From contig CAWJMG010000003.1 of NCBI GenBank assembly GCA_963843975.1, positions 1,590,001 through 1,622,000 of the forward strand: a stretch of 32,000 nucleotides of DNA. The letters run 5' to 3'. The first letter of the stretch is position 1; each line of letters opens with the position of its first letter. Shown here piece after piece: positions 9,598-18,689 of the stretch. The DNA comes from an uncultured Actinomycetes bacterium (lineage in GTDB: Bacteria > Actinomycetota > Actinomycetes > S36-B12 > CAIYMF01). The notes beneath the pieces are model-generated. The model saw only the letters and a program-made list of their open reading frames with translations. It did not search any database and was not told where the DNA came from. The position numbers and the translations under genes were made by a program.

Positions 9598-10605
9598 ATG
9601 ACCGTCAGCCTGCGCCACCGCGACTTCCTCAAGGAGGTCGACTTCAGCCGCGAGGAGCTCCAGCACCTCCTCGACCTCGCCCGCGACCTCAAGCTCGAGA
9701 AGCGCGAGCGCCGCGAGGTCCAGCGGATGCGCGGCCGCAACATCGCCCTCATCTTCGAGAAGACCTCCACCCGCACCCGCTGCGCCTTCGAGGTGGGCGC
9801 CTTCGACCAGGGCGCGCACGTCACGTACCTCGACCCGGCGGGCTCGCAGATCGGCCACAAGGAGTCCGCGGCGGACACCGCCCAGGTGCTCTCGCGCATG
9901 TACGACGCGATCCAGTACCGCGGCTCTGCGCAGGCCACGGTCGAGACGCTCGCCGCGAACTCCGCCGTCCCCGTCTACAACGGCCTCACCGACGAGTGGC
10001 ACCCCACCCAGATGCTGGCCGACTTCCTCACGATGTCGGAGCACTCGGGCGGTCGCCCGGCGTCGGAGTTCTCGTACTGCTACCTCGGCGACGCCCGGTC
10101 GAACGTGGGCAACTCGCTCCTTGTCATGGGCGCGATCATGGGCTCCGACGTCCGCATCGCAGCGCCGAGGGCGCTGTGGCCGTCCGAGGAGGTGCAGGCG
10201 ATCGCGGCAGCGCGCGCGGCCGTGTCCGGAGCGCGGATCACCCTCACCGAGGATCCGGCCGAGGGCCTCGCCGACGCCGACCACGTGCACACCGACGTCT
10301 GGGTCTCCATGGGCGAGCCCAAGGAGGTGTGGGACGAGCGGATCCACCTGCTGCTGCCGTACCAGGTCAATGCCGCGGCGATGGCAGCGACCGGCAACCC
10401 CGCCTCGACCTTCATGCACTGCCTCCCGGCCTTCCACGACACCGACACCTATGTCGGCCGCGACATCGCCGCGAAGACCGGGATCACGGGCGGGCTCGAG
10501 GTGACCGACGAGGTCTTCCGCTCGCCCGCGTCGGTCGTGTTCGACCAGGCCGAGAACCGGCTGCACACCATCAAGGCGGTCATGGTCGCCACGATCGGCG
10601 ACTGA
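9598..10605 (+). CDS. argF: ornithine carbamoyltransferase (long ArgI/ArcB type)
   Basis: STRTR carbamoyl-phosphate motif, HPTQ and HCLPAFH motifs. The C-terminus [35 protein letters not shown] closely resembles enterobacterial ArgI. ATG at 9598 is preceded by ggagacgag. The track ORF was trimmed from 9355. Confidence 0.93.
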   Translation: MTVSLRHRDFLKEVDFSREELQHLLDLARDLKLEKRERREVQRMRGRNIALIFEKTSTRTRCAFEVGAFDQGAHVTYLDPAGSQIGHKESAADTAQVLSRMYDAIQYRGSAQATVETLAANSAVPVYNGLTDEWHPTQMLADFLTMSEHSGGRPASEFSYCYLGDARSNVGNSLLVMGAIMGSDVRIAAPRALWPSEEVQAIAAARAAVSGARITLTEDPAEGLADADHVHTDVWVSMGEPKEVWDERIHLLLPYQVNAAAMAATGNPASTFMHCLPAFHDTDTYVGRDIAAKTGITGGLEVTDEVFRSPASVVFDQAENRLHTIKAVMVATIGD

Positions 10606-10690
10606 ACGGCCCGGCGCCGCACGGGGACACAGCAGGAACGGAGAACCTCCGCTACTCCCCGGCGACGCCGCCCAGGTCTACGGTCGCCGC

Positions 10691-11116
10691 ATGACGGTCA
10701 CCATCCCCTGGCTCGGAGTCCTGGTCGCGTTCGTCGTGGCGTTCGTGGCGAACTTCCTGTGGTTCGGCCCCAAGACGATGTTCCCCCTCTGGTGGAGGGC
10801 GCTCGGCCACACGCCGGACGAGCAGCCGGCCACCGAGGGCATGGCGAAGGTCTTCGGGCTCACCATCGCCGGCCTGCTCGTGCAGGTGCTCACGATGTCG
10901 TGGGTGCTGCAGGCGTCGGCCGCCCTCTACGACCAGGAGGTCACTCTCGGGACGGGGCTCCTCGTCGGCGCCCTGATCGGCGCGGGCATCGCGGCCGCGG
11001 CCTCACTCGGGCACCGCATGTTCGCCGGGCAGGGCCTCACGGTCTGGGCCATCGAGGTCGGCGGAGACATCCTCGGCCTCACCCTGATCGGCGGCGTCCT
11101 CAGCTTCTGGCTCTGA
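10691..11116 (+). CDS. DUF1761-like small membrane protein
   Basis: 141 aa with 4 predicted helices. The N-terminus WLGVLVAFVVAFVANFLWFGPKTMFPLWW matches my memory of the DUF1761 family pattern. Confidence 0.7.
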   Translation: MTVTIPWLGVLVAFVVAFVANFLWFGPKTMFPLWWRALGHTPDEQPATEGMAKVFGLTIAGLLVQVLTMSWVLQASAALYDQEVTLGTGLLVGALIGAGIAAAASLGHRMFAGQGLTVWAIEVGGDILGLTLIGGVLSFWL

Positions 11117-11121
11117 CCTGA

Positions 11122-11169
11122 CGTACGACGACGGCCCGTCACCTCGTGGTGCCGAGCCGTCGTCGTACG
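11122..11169. terminator. bidirectional hairpin between convergent genes
   Basis: 13-bp perfect stem (cgtacgacgacgg/ccgtcgtcgtacg) with a 22-nt loop, between the stops at 11116 and 11176. Confidence 0.5.
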
Positions 11170-11175
11170 CGTCGG

Positions 11176-12825
11176 TCAGCCGCCGGTGACCGGGGCGCCG
11201 GGGCCGAGCGGGATGCCGAGGAGGTACCAGGCCACGAAGAAGAGCGTCCACGAGATGGCGACGACGACGGTGTACGGCAGCATCAGCGAGACCACTGTGC
11301 CGACACCGGCGTCCTTCTTGTAGCGCTGCGCGACGAGGACGATGAACGGCAGGTAGACCATGAGTGGCGTGATGACGTTCGTCGGCGAGTCGCCGATGCG
11401 GTACGCCGCCAGCACGGTCTGCGGCTCGACGTTCAGGCGCAGGAAGAGCGGCACGAAGATGGGCGCGAAGATCGCCCACTTCGGCAGGACGCCCGGGATG
11501 ATGATGTTGAGCAGGAACGTCACGAAGATGAAGCCGACGAGCAGCAGCAGCGCGTTGACGTTGGCGCTCTCGAGCCAGTCCGCGAGCCCGACGGCGGTCA
11601 CCGTCGCGATGTTGCTGTAGTTGAAGTAGGCGATGAACTGGCTGATGATCAGCAGCAGGAAGATAAGGCCCGCGAGGCCCGCGAACGTCTTGGTCACCGC
11701 CTCGATGTACTCCGTGGCCGTCGTCAATGTCTTGGCGCCCTTGCCGTAGCAGATGCCCGTGACCAGGAAGATCAGCATGATCACGAACAGGATGCTCTGC
11801 ATGAACGGCGAGTCGCCGATGAGCTCGCCCGTGTCGGGATTGCGCAGCACACCCCACGACGGCAGCGTCATCAGGCCGAGGACGACGAGGCAGACGAGGA
11901 AGCCCCAGAGCGCGTAGCGCAGGCCCTTCTTCTCGGCGTCGACATCCACCTCGGGCTCGTCCGATCCCTCGACCTCTCCGGTGAACGTGCCGAGGCGCGG
12001 CAGCACCAGACGCGTCGTCACGAAGGTCATGACGACGGCCAAGAAGAGAGTCGAGGCCATCGAGAAGAAGAGGTTGGCCGTGATGTCCATCGAGAAGGTC
12101 GGGTCGACCAGTCGCGCGGCCTCGTTGGTCACCTCGGTGAGCACGCCGTCGAACGGAGTGATGAGGAGGTTGACGCCGAAGCCCGCGCTGACGCCGGCGT
12201 AGGCCGCCGCCATGCCGCCGAGCGGGTGCCGACCGAGGCTCACGAACGCCGCGGCGCCGAGCGGGATGAGGACGAGGTAGCCGGCGTCCGACGCGACGCT
12301 CGAGATGAGGCCGAGCAGCACGATGATGAACGTGATGGTCTGCGCTGGCGCAACCGCGACGAGGCGCCGGATCAGTGCACCGATCAGGCCGGCCTGCTCG
12401 GCGATGCCCACACCGACCATCGCGACGAGGATGACGCCGACGACGCCGAACCCGTTGAAGTTGTTCACGGCGCTGGTGAAGAGGAACCGGATGCCGTCGG
12501 GGGCCAGGAGCGACTCGACCTTGATGGTCTCGGTCTTGATCTCGATGTCGTCGTAGCCGTACTCGTCGTCGGTCGGGATGTCGAGCGAAGGGTTGGTCGT
12601 GCCGCCGGGGTAGCCGACCTCGGTCTCGATGGGCGGCTGCGTGGCCACCTCGGTCGTGACCTGGACGTTGAAGGCGGCGAGCACCGCCGACAGGCCGATG
12701 ACGATGACGCACATCGCCAGGAAGATGATCGCGGGGTGCGGGACCTTGTCGCCCGTGCGCTCGATGACGTCCAGGAGGCGGGCGACGCCGCCCTTCTTCT
12801 CCTGCTCCGGTGCCTGGCTGCTCAT
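11176..12825 (-). CDS. AbgT-family transporter
   Basis: 549 aa from ATG 12825 (MSSQAPEQEKKGGVARLLDVIERTGDKVPHPAIIF...), the hallmark AbgT N-terminus. Polytopic throughout. The track ORF was trimmed from 13080. Confidence 0.9.
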   Translation of the reverse strand: MSSQAPEQEKKGGVARLLDVIERTGDKVPHPAIIFLAMCVIVIGLSAVLAAFNVQVTTEVATQPPIETEVGYPGGTTNPSLDIPTDDEYGYDDIEIKTETIKVESLLAPDGIRFLFTSAVNNFNGFGVVGVILVAMVGVGIAEQAGLIGALIRRLVAVAPAQTITFIIVLLGLISSVASDAGYLVLIPLGAAAFVSLGRHPLGGMAAAYAGVSAGFGVNLLITPFDGVLTEVTNEAARLVDPTFSMDITANLFFSMASTLFLAVVMTFVTTRLVLPRLGTFTGEVEGSDEPEVDVDAEKKGLRYALWGFLVCLVVLGLMTLPSWGVLRNPDTGELIGDSPFMQSILFVIMLIFLVTGICYGKGAKTLTTATEYIEAVTKTFAGLAGLIFLLLIISQFIAYFNYSNIATVTAVGLADWLESANVNALLLLVGFIFVTFLLNIIIPGVLPKWAIFAPIFVPLFLRLNVEPQTVLAAYRIGDSPTNVITPLMVYLPFIVLVAQRYKKDAGVGTVVSLMLPYTVVVAISWTLFFVAWYLLGIPLGPGAPVTGG

Positions 12826-12976
12826 GTCGACCCCGCGCTGCTCTGGGCGCGACCCCCTCGGCCTCGCCGCGCCGATCCTGGCACAGCACGCCCGACCCCG
12901 TACGGTCCCGAGGGAAGGTCTGCCGGATGCCGTCGCCGGGCCTAGGGTCGTGCCTGCCGAACGAGGAGGAGTGCGC

Positions 12977-14776
12977 ATGGATCCGGCCACCACCAGCCTG
13001 CTGGTGCTCGCCGCCGTCGTCGTGCTGTTCGTCTGGAACCGGCTCCCGGTCGCCGCCGTCGCCGTCCTCACCGCGCTCACGCTCTGGGCGACCGGACTGC
13101 TCGACTACGACCAGGTGCTCGCCGGGTTCGGCGACCCCGTCGTCGTCTTCATCGCGTCGCTGTTCGTCGTGTCCGAGGCCATCGACTCCGCCGGCGTGAC
13201 CAACTGGGCAGGCCAGACCCTGCTCGCCCGCATCGGCGACCGGCCGAAGGTCGCGCTCGTCGCCGTGATGCTGCTCGCCGCAGTCATGAGCGCGCTGATC
13301 ACCCTGAACGGCGCTGCTGCGGCACTGCTGCCGATGGTCGTGGTGATCGCTATGCGCCTGAAGGTCGCACCCGCGCACATGCTGCTGCCGATGGCGTTCG
13401 CGGGCAGCTCGGGCTCGCTGCTCATCCTCACCGCCAGCCCCATCAACGTGCTCGTGTCCGACGCGTCGTCCGACGCCGGTGCCGGCGGCTTCGGCTTCTT
13501 CGAGTTCTCAGTTGTCGGCATCCCGCTCGTGCTCGGCACCCTGGCGATCGGTGCACTGCTCGCCGAGAAGGTGCTGCCCGTCCGCGAGTCGCTTCTGCTG
13601 CCGCCCGACCTCAGCCGCTACGCCAGCACCGTCCAGGACCACTACGACCTCACCGACGGCTTCCACCGCCTGCACGTCCGCGAGCACTCCCCCCTCGTGG
13701 GCGCCTCCGCCGACGGGCTCGACCTCGCGCGGTACGCCGGGGTCACGGTCACGGCGGTGCAGGCGAGCGACGGCGCCGTGCGCACCGGGGTGCTCGAGGC
13801 TGGCGACGTGCTCGTCGTCACCGGGCCGTCCGACGCCGTGTCCCGCCTCGCGATGGACCAGGTGCTCACGGTCGCGATGCGCCCGGTCACCGACTCGACC
13901 GGCGCGCTCATCACCGACGAGATGGGCGTCGCCGAGCTCGTCGTGCCGCCGCGGTCACCGCTCGTCGGCGAGCCCGTCTTCGCCGGCCAGCTGCGCAGCT
14001 CGGACGTCGTGATCCTCGCGATCCGGCGTCGTGGCAAGGATCTCGGCGCCGGCCCGGTCGACCTCGTCGAGGGCGACCTCCTGCTCGTGCACGGCGCCTG
14101 GTCGGCCGTGGACTCCCTCGTCGACCACCGCGACGTCGTCGTCGTGAACAGCCCTGACCTCGTGCGTCGTCAGGCTGCGCCGCTCGGCAGCCGCGCCCGG
14201 CGCGCGGTCGCCGTCCTCGCGGTGATGATCCTGCTCCTGGCGCTCGGGCTCGTGCCGGCGTCCATCGCCGGGCTCGGTGCCGCCCTCGCCATGGTGCTGC
14301 TGCGCGTGATCTCCGGTCCGCAGGCCCTGCGCTCCATCTCCTGGCAGACCGTCGTCCTCATCGGCGGGCTCATCCCGCTGTCGACGGCGATCCGCACGAG
14401 CGGCGCGGCCGACGTGCTCGCGTCATGGCTGCTGTCGGTCGTGGGCGACGCCGGCCCCATCGTGCTGCTGCTCGCGCTGTTCGTCATGACCGCGACGCTC
14501 GGACAGTTCATCAGCAACACGGCGACGGTGCTGATCCTGCTGCCCGTGGCTGTCGCCGCGGCGACGGAGTTCGGCGTGTCCGTGCAGCCGGTGCTCATGA
14601 CGCTGGCCATCGCCGGCGCGTGCAGCTTCCTCACGCCGGTGGCCACACCGGCCAACATGATGGTGATGGGCCCCGGCGGCTACCGCTTCAACGACTACTG
14701 GCGGCTCGGCCTGCCCGTGCTGCTCTGGTGGCTCGCCGTCGCGCTCGTCGTCGTGCCGCTCGTCTGGCACTTCTGA
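12977..14776 (+). CDS. DASS/SLC13-type anion transporter with two central TrkA-C (RCK-C) domains
   Basis: 599 aa from ATG 12977, preceded by gaggagga. N- and C-terminal polytopic halves flank a soluble insert with two repeats (HVREHSPLVGASADGLDL..., VVPPRSPLVGEPVFAGQL...). Confidence 0.9.
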   Translation: MDPATTSLLVLAAVVVLFVWNRLPVAAVAVLTALTLWATGLLDYDQVLAGFGDPVVVFIASLFVVSEAIDSAGVTNWAGQTLLARIGDRPKVALVAVMLLAAVMSALITLNGAAAALLPMVVVIAMRLKVAPAHMLLPMAFAGSSGSLLILTASPINVLVSDASSDAGAGGFGFFEFSVVGIPLVLGTLAIGALLAEKVLPVRESLLLPPDLSRYASTVQDHYDLTDGFHRLHVREHSPLVGASADGLDLARYAGVTVTAVQASDGAVRTGVLEAGDVLVVTGPSDAVSRLAMDQVLTVAMRPVTDSTGALITDEMGVAELVVPPRSPLVGEPVFAGQLRSSDVVILAIRRRGKDLGAGPVDLVEGDLLLVHGAWSAVDSLVDHRDVVVVNSPDLVRRQAAPLGSRARRAVAVLAVMILLLALGLVPASIAGLGAALAMVLLRVISGPQALRSISWQTVVLIGGLIPLSTAIRTSGAADVLASWLLSVVGDAGPIVLLLALFVMTATLGQFISNTATVLILLPVAVAAATEFGVSVQPVLMTLAIAGACSFLTPVATPANMMVMGPGGYRFNDYWRLGLPVLLWWLAVALVVVPLVWHF

Positions 14777-14801
14777 CCCGGCCGACGCCGGGGCCGCACC
14801 A

Positions 14802-15140
14802 TCAGGCGACGAGGTGGAGCGCCTCGGGATCGCGGGGTGCGATCTCGAGGACGGTGCACTCCAAGGGACCTGCGGGACCCTCGACCACCACGGTGTCGCC
14901 CGCGCGGGCGCCGAGCAGCGCCGCACCGAGCGGTGACGAGGCGCTCACGCGGTGGTCGTCGAGCATGGCCTCCACCGCCGGCACCGGCCTCACCCAGGTG
15001 CCCTCGCCGTCGACGAGCCGGATGCGGACGTAGCTGCCGAGCTCGACCACGTCGCCCGAGGGCGTCGGCAGAGTGACGGCGCGGTCGAGCAGCCGCTGCA
15101 GCCACACGGCCTCGACACAGAGCCGCTCGAGCCGGCTCAC
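14802..15140 (-). CDS. GreA/GreB C-terminal-domain protein (Rnk-like)
   Basis: VELGSYVRIRLVDGEG...SASSPLGAALLGARAGDTVVVEGPAGPLECTVLEI matches the GreA C-terminal fold pattern. Start is uncertain (GTG 15140 chosen). The upstream part of the 595-aa track ORF is antisense shadow. Confidence 0.65.
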   Translation of the reverse strand: MSRLERLCVEAVWLQRLLDRAVTLPTPSGDVVELGSYVRIRLVDGEGTWVRPVPAVEAMLDDHRVSASSPLGAALLGARAGDTVVVEGPAGPLECTVLEIAPRDPEALHLVA

Positions 15141-15240
15141 GTCGCGCGGATCGCGCCGCCGCGGCTGGTGCCGCGACCCCTCGGCCCGGGCCCTGAAAGC
15201 CGTGCTGACGAACCGAAGGTGATGGGGTACTCCCCGCCGA

Positions 15241-15300
15241 TCAGATGTCTGTAGTTTCCGGAAATTCAAATCGTATGTCAACCCCTGTCGCGCAGGTTCC
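15241..15300. promoter_or_regulatory. AT-rich divergent promoter/operator region with TTTCCGGAAA palindrome
   Basis: A local AT-rich patch lies between the greA-like gene and the isochorismatase-pxp operon. It holds a perfect 10-bp palindrome at 15255-15264, flanked by ATGTC direct repeats. Confidence 0.3.
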
Positions 15301-15336
15301 TCCTGCGGCGGCGGCCCTCGCTGGCAGGCTGTCCCC

Positions 15337-15882
15337 GTGACCAGCGCCCTCGTCGTCATCGACGTCCAGAACGAGTACGTGACCGGCGGGCTCCGGATCG
15401 TCCACCCGCCGGTCGACGAGGCGCTCGTGCGCATCGGCGAGGCCGTGGACGCCGCGCACGCGTCCGGCGTCCCGATCGTCCTCGTGCGCCACACCGAGCC
15501 CGACCCGAGCGGCGGCATCTTCGTGGCCGGCACGCCGGGGTGGGAGCTGCACGAGGTCGTCGCCTCGCGCCCGCACGACGTCGTGATCGACAAGCAGCTG
15601 CCGGGCTCCTTCACCGGCACGCCGCTCGCGGACTGGCTCGAGGAGCGCGACGTCGACCACCTCGTCATCGCGGGCTGGATGACCCACATGTGCGTCGACT
15701 CGACCACGCGCCAGGCGATGCACCGCGGGTTCGACGTCACGGTGCTCGTCGACGCCACCGGAACGATCGACGTCGCCGACGACCTGCCGGCGGCGCTCGT
15801 CCACCGCGTCGAGCTCGGCGTCCTGGGCGACGGCTTCGCCCAGCTGCGCTCGACCGGCGACTGGGTGGCCGACCTGGCATGA
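15337..15882 (+). CDS. isochorismatase-family cysteine hydrolase
   Basis: ALVVIDVQNEY N-terminus and the ...HLVIAGWMTHMCVDSTTRQA catalytic Cys region. GTG start. The stop overlaps the pxpA start (ATGA). Confidence 0.85.
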   Translation: MTSALVVIDVQNEYVTGGLRIVHPPVDEALVRIGEAVDAAHASGVPIVLVRHTEPDPSGGIFVAGTPGWELHEVVASRPHDVVIDKQLPGSFTGTPLADWLEERDVDHLVIAGWMTHMCVDSTTRQAMHRGFDVTVLVDATGTIDVADDLPAALVHRVELGVLGDGFAQLRSTGDWVADLA

Positions 15883-16685
15883 GCGACCGCAGCTCGGTCG
15901 CCCGCACCCTCGACCTCAACGCCGACCTCGGCGAGGGCATCGCGACGTCCACGCTCAGTGCCGACGCGGTCGACGAGGCCCTCCTCGCCATCGTGACGAG
16001 CGCCAACGTCGCCTGCGGGGGCCACGCCGGCGACAGCGCGTCGATGCGCCACGTGTGCGACGTCGCGGTTGAGCGCGGCGTCGCGATCGGCGCGCAGGTG
16101 TCGTACGTCGACCGCGCGGGCTTCGGCCGCCGCCGGATCGAGGTCGAGGCAGCAACGCTGCAGCAGCAGCTGCTCGAGCAGCTCGGGGTGCTGCGCGCCC
16201 ATGCCCGCGCCGCCGGCGGCCGAGTGGCGTACCTCAAGCCGCACGGCGCCCTCTACAACGCGGCGGCCGAGGACGAGGCCGTCGCGGAGGTCGTGGTCGC
16301 CGCGGTGCTCGCCGACGGCGACGACCATCGTCAGCTGCCGGTGCTGACCCTCCCCGGCAGCGTCCTCGCAGTGCGCGCGGCCTCGGCCGGGATCGAGGTG
16401 GTCGGCGAGGCGTTCGCCGACCGCGCCTACACGTCGTCGGGCCGCCTCGTGCCGCGCTCGCACGACGGCGCGGTCGTGACGGATCCGGATGCCGTCGTGG
16501 CACGGGTCCTGCGCCTCGAGGCCGACGGTGTCATCCGCAGCGCCGACGGCGTCGACCTCGCCGTCGGCGCGCGCTCGGTGTGCCTGCACTCCGACACCGA
16601 CGGCGCGGTCGACCTCGCCCGGACGGTGCGCCAGGCGCTGTGGGCGGCCGGGGTGCTGCTCGTGCCCTTCGCGGGCGTGCGATGA
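15879..16685 (+). CDS. pxpA: 5-oxoprolinase subunit A (LamB/YcsF family)
   Basis: DLNADLGEG, ANVACGGHAGD and YLKPHGALYN motifs. ATGA overlaps at both ends. Confidence 0.9.
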   Translation: MSDRSSVARTLDLNADLGEGIATSTLSADAVDEALLAIVTSANVACGGHAGDSASMRHVCDVAVERGVAIGAQVSYVDRAGFGRRRIEVEAATLQQQLLEQLGVLRAHARAAGGRVAYLKPHGALYNAAAEDEAVAEVVVAAVLADGDDHRQLPVLTLPGSVLAVRAASAGIEVVGEAFADRAYTSSGRLVPRSHDGAVVTDPDAVVARVLRLEADGVIRSADGVDLAVGARSVCLHSDTDGAVDLARTVRQALWAAGVLLVPFAGVR

Positions 16686-17306
16686 CTGCGCCCCGCGCCG
16701 TGTCGCGCGTCGCGCGCTGCGGCGATCGCGCCCTGCTGCTCGACTGCGCCGACCCGGCCGCGCTGGCCGACGCGATCCTCGCCCAGGCCCTCGACGGCGT
16801 CCTCGAGGCTGTGCCCGGTGCCGCCACCGTGCTCGTGCGGCACGCCGCGGACGCCGACGCCGTCGTGCTCGGTCGCGCGCTCGCCGCCGTCGTCCCCGCA
16901 GTGCGGACCCCGGATGCAGCAGCCGTCGTCACCATCCCGGTGCGCTACGACGGCCCGGACCTCGACGACGTCGCCGAGTTAGCGGGGATCTCGCGCGAGG
17001 CCGTGGCCGCGCTGCACCAGGAGGGCGAAGCTCGAGGTCGCCTTCTGCGGCTTCTCCCCCGGCTTCGCCTACCTGCGCGGGCTCGACCCCCGCCTGCACG
17101 TCCCGCGCCTCGCCACGCCGCGCACGCGGGTGCCCGCAGGGTCGGTCGCCGTCGCGGACGTCTGGTCGGCCGTCTACCCGCGCGAGTCCCCCGGCGGCTG
17201 GCGGATCCTCGGCACCACCGACGCCGTCCTCTGGGACGTGCGGCGCGACCCGCCCGCCCTGCTCGCCCCCGGCACCCGCGTGCGCTTCGCGGCGGTGGCG
17301 CCGTGA
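16682..17306 (+). pseudogene. pxpB: 5-oxoprolinase subunit B (KipI/allophanate hydrolase subunit 1), apparent +1-nt frameshift near 17028-17029
   Basis: The N-terminal half reads in the frame of 16682 up to ...AALHQEGE. The conserved C-terminal half is [69 protein letters not shown]. It is only readable in the next frame from 17031, and ends at TGA 17304-17306, overlapping the pxpC GTG. Confidence 0.8.
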
Positions 17307-18160
17307 TCGAGGTGGTCTCCACCGGGCCGCTGACGCTCGTGCAGGACCTCGGCCGCCCCGGCCTCGCGCAGTACGGCGTCGGACCGTCCGGTGCCTTCGA
17401 CCGCGGAGCCCTCCGCCTGGCGAACCGCCTCGTCGGCAACGTCGAGGACGCCGCCGGCCTCGAGTCGCTCGGAGGAGGCCTCGAGATCCGGGCGCAGGCT
17501 CCGCTGGTCGTCGCCGTCACCGGCGCGGCCGGCCCCTTGCTGCTGCGCTCGGGCGGCTCGGTGCGTGGCGCCGACCGCCGCTCCCCCCTCGCGCTCGACG
17601 CCGGCGACAGCCTGCGGCTCGACCACCCGGCGGACGGCCTGCGCAGCTACGTCGCCGTGCGCGGCGGGGTCGCCGTCGCGCGGACGTTCGGCAGCGCCGC
17701 CAGCGACACCCTGGCCGGGCTCGGCCCGGCCCGAGTGGCGGCGGGCGACCGGCTGCCCGTCGGTTCGGCCGGGCGCCACCATCCGCACGTCGACCACGCG
17801 CCCGAGCGGCGGGCGACCGGGCCGCTGCGCATCGTGCCGGGGCCGCGGGACGGCTGGTTCGCGGACGGCGCGCTCGACGTGCTGCTCGCGAGCAGCTGGA
17901 CCGTCACGCCAGCGAGCGACCGCATCGGCGTACGCCTCGACGGGCCGCCGCTGGTCCGGCGGGACCCCGGCCGCGAGCTGCCGAGCGAGCCGGTCGTGAC
18001 GGGCTCCCTGCAGGTGCCGCCCGACGGCCGTCCGGTGCTGCTCGGCCCCGACCGTCCGACAACCGGTGGATATCCGGTCATCGGAGTCGTGATCGACGAC
18101 GACGTCGACCGCGCCGCGCAACTACGCCCCGGTGATCAGCTGCGCTTTTCCTTGCGCTGA
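17303..18160 (+). CDS. pxpC: 5-oxoprolinase subunit C (KipA/allophanate hydrolase subunit 2)
   Basis: [33 protein letters not shown]..., [10 protein letters not shown] and [11 protein letters not shown] motifs. GTG at 17303 forms a GTGA overlap with pxpB. Confidence 0.88.
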   Translation: MIEVVSTGPLTLVQDLGRPGLAQYGVGPSGAFDRGALRLANRLVGNVEDAAGLESLGGGLEIRAQAPLVVAVTGAAGPLLLRSGGSVRGADRRSPLALDAGDSLRLDHPADGLRSYVAVRGGVAVARTFGSAASDTLAGLGPARVAAGDRLPVGSAGRHHPHVDHAPERRATGPLRIVPGPRDGWFADGALDVLLASSWTVTPASDRIGVRLDGPPLVRRDPGRELPSEPVVTGSLQVPPDGRPVLLGPDRPTTGGYPVIGVVIDDDVDRAAQLRPGDQLRFSLR

Positions 18161-18168
18161 CAGGGTTT

Positions 18169-18187
18169 TCCAAGATCTGTCCAAGAT
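18169..18187. repeat. tandem direct repeat TCCAAGAT x2 (11-bp register)
   Basis: tccaagat-ctg-tccaagat lies immediately downstream of pxpC and about 140 bp upstream of a small ORF. This stretch is lower in GC. Confidence 0.2.
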
Positions 18188-18324
18188 TCGTCCCGGGTAC
18201 GCAGGGTGACGTCGACCGCGACACGCCCCCGGTCGGAGCAATCCCGAAGCGTGACCACCCGAACGGTCCACGATGAATCCACCAGCAAGGACGAAGACTT
18301 CTACTGACCGAGGAGGTGATGACC

Positions 18325-18471
18325 ATGACGACGCTTGAGCGCACCGCAGGTGCACGCGACGTGATGGAGCTGTTGCGCCAGGGAGTGCCCCTGACGCTTC
18401 TGCTGGACCTCGCCGATCCACGTGGTCCCCGATCCTTGGAGCTCCTGCTCCTGGAGAGGGATGCCGCATAG
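18325..18471 (+). CDS. small hypothetical protein (48 aa, below the track cutoff)
   Basis: MTTLERTAGARDVMELLRQGVPLTLLLDLADPRGPRSLELLLLERDAA. The ATG lies 8 nt after a strong AGGAGG. The sequence is helical and protein-like. The competing minus-strand track ORFs here are Arg/Ser/Pro-rich shadows. Confidence 0.4.
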   Translation: MTTLERTAGARDVMELLRQGVPLTLLLDLADPRGPRSLELLLLERDAA

Positions 18472-18573
18472 CGAGAGGTCCCACCGTCCGCTCCCGCCGC
18501 AGGATCGGACACCGAGGCCCGACGGCCCGTGAACCGTCGGACCGGTCCCTGAAACGGGCCCCCATAACTCAAT

Positions 18574-18603
18574 TTCATCCCCGGCTCACACCCGGTGTAT
18601 CCT
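18574..18603 (+). promoter_or_regulatory. candidate tRNA promoter (TTCATC-18 nt-TATCCT)
   Basis: Hexamers sit at 18574-18579 and 18598-18603, and the -10 ends 13 nt before tRNA position 1. Pattern match only. Confidence 0.3.
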
Positions 18604-18616
18604 TACCCCGCACCTT

Positions 18617-18689
18617 GCGCCGCTAGCTCAACTGGCAGAGCAGCGGACTCTTAATCCGCGGGTTGTAGGTTCAAGTCCTACGCGGCGTA
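18617..18689 (+). tRNA. tRNA-Lys (anticodon CTT)
   Basis: Hand-folded cloverleaf. The acceptor stem is gcgccgc/gcggcgt and the D arm is gctc-aactggca-gagc. The anticodon stem gcgga/tccgc carries the loop ctCTTaa. The variable loop is 5 nt, the T arm is gtagg-ttcaagt-cctac and the discriminator is A. Pair 1-72 is G.T rather than G-C. No CCA is encoded. Confidence 0.9.

Noticed and set aside
11003-13378. 791-aa (-) and 599-aa (+, 11146-12945) ORFs across the AbgT/DASS transporter region
   Set aside because: They give His/Arg/Asp-rich nonsense translations that overlap two well-supported transporter genes in other frames.
15141-16589. Upstream 480 codons of the 595-aa minus ORF 14802-16589
   Set aside because: This part is antisense to the isochorismatase and pxpA genes. 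Only the last ~112 codons carry the GreA C-terminal-domain pattern.
16580-18160. 526-aa ORF read as a natural PxpB-PxpC fusion protein
   Set aside because: The linker portion (17031-17302) is Arg/Pro-rich nonsense. The adjacent frame encodes the conserved PxpB C-terminus and terminates with a GTGA overlap onto pxpC. It is better explained by a 1-nt indel. ORFs 16489-18135 (+) and 17174-18121 (-) are shadows.
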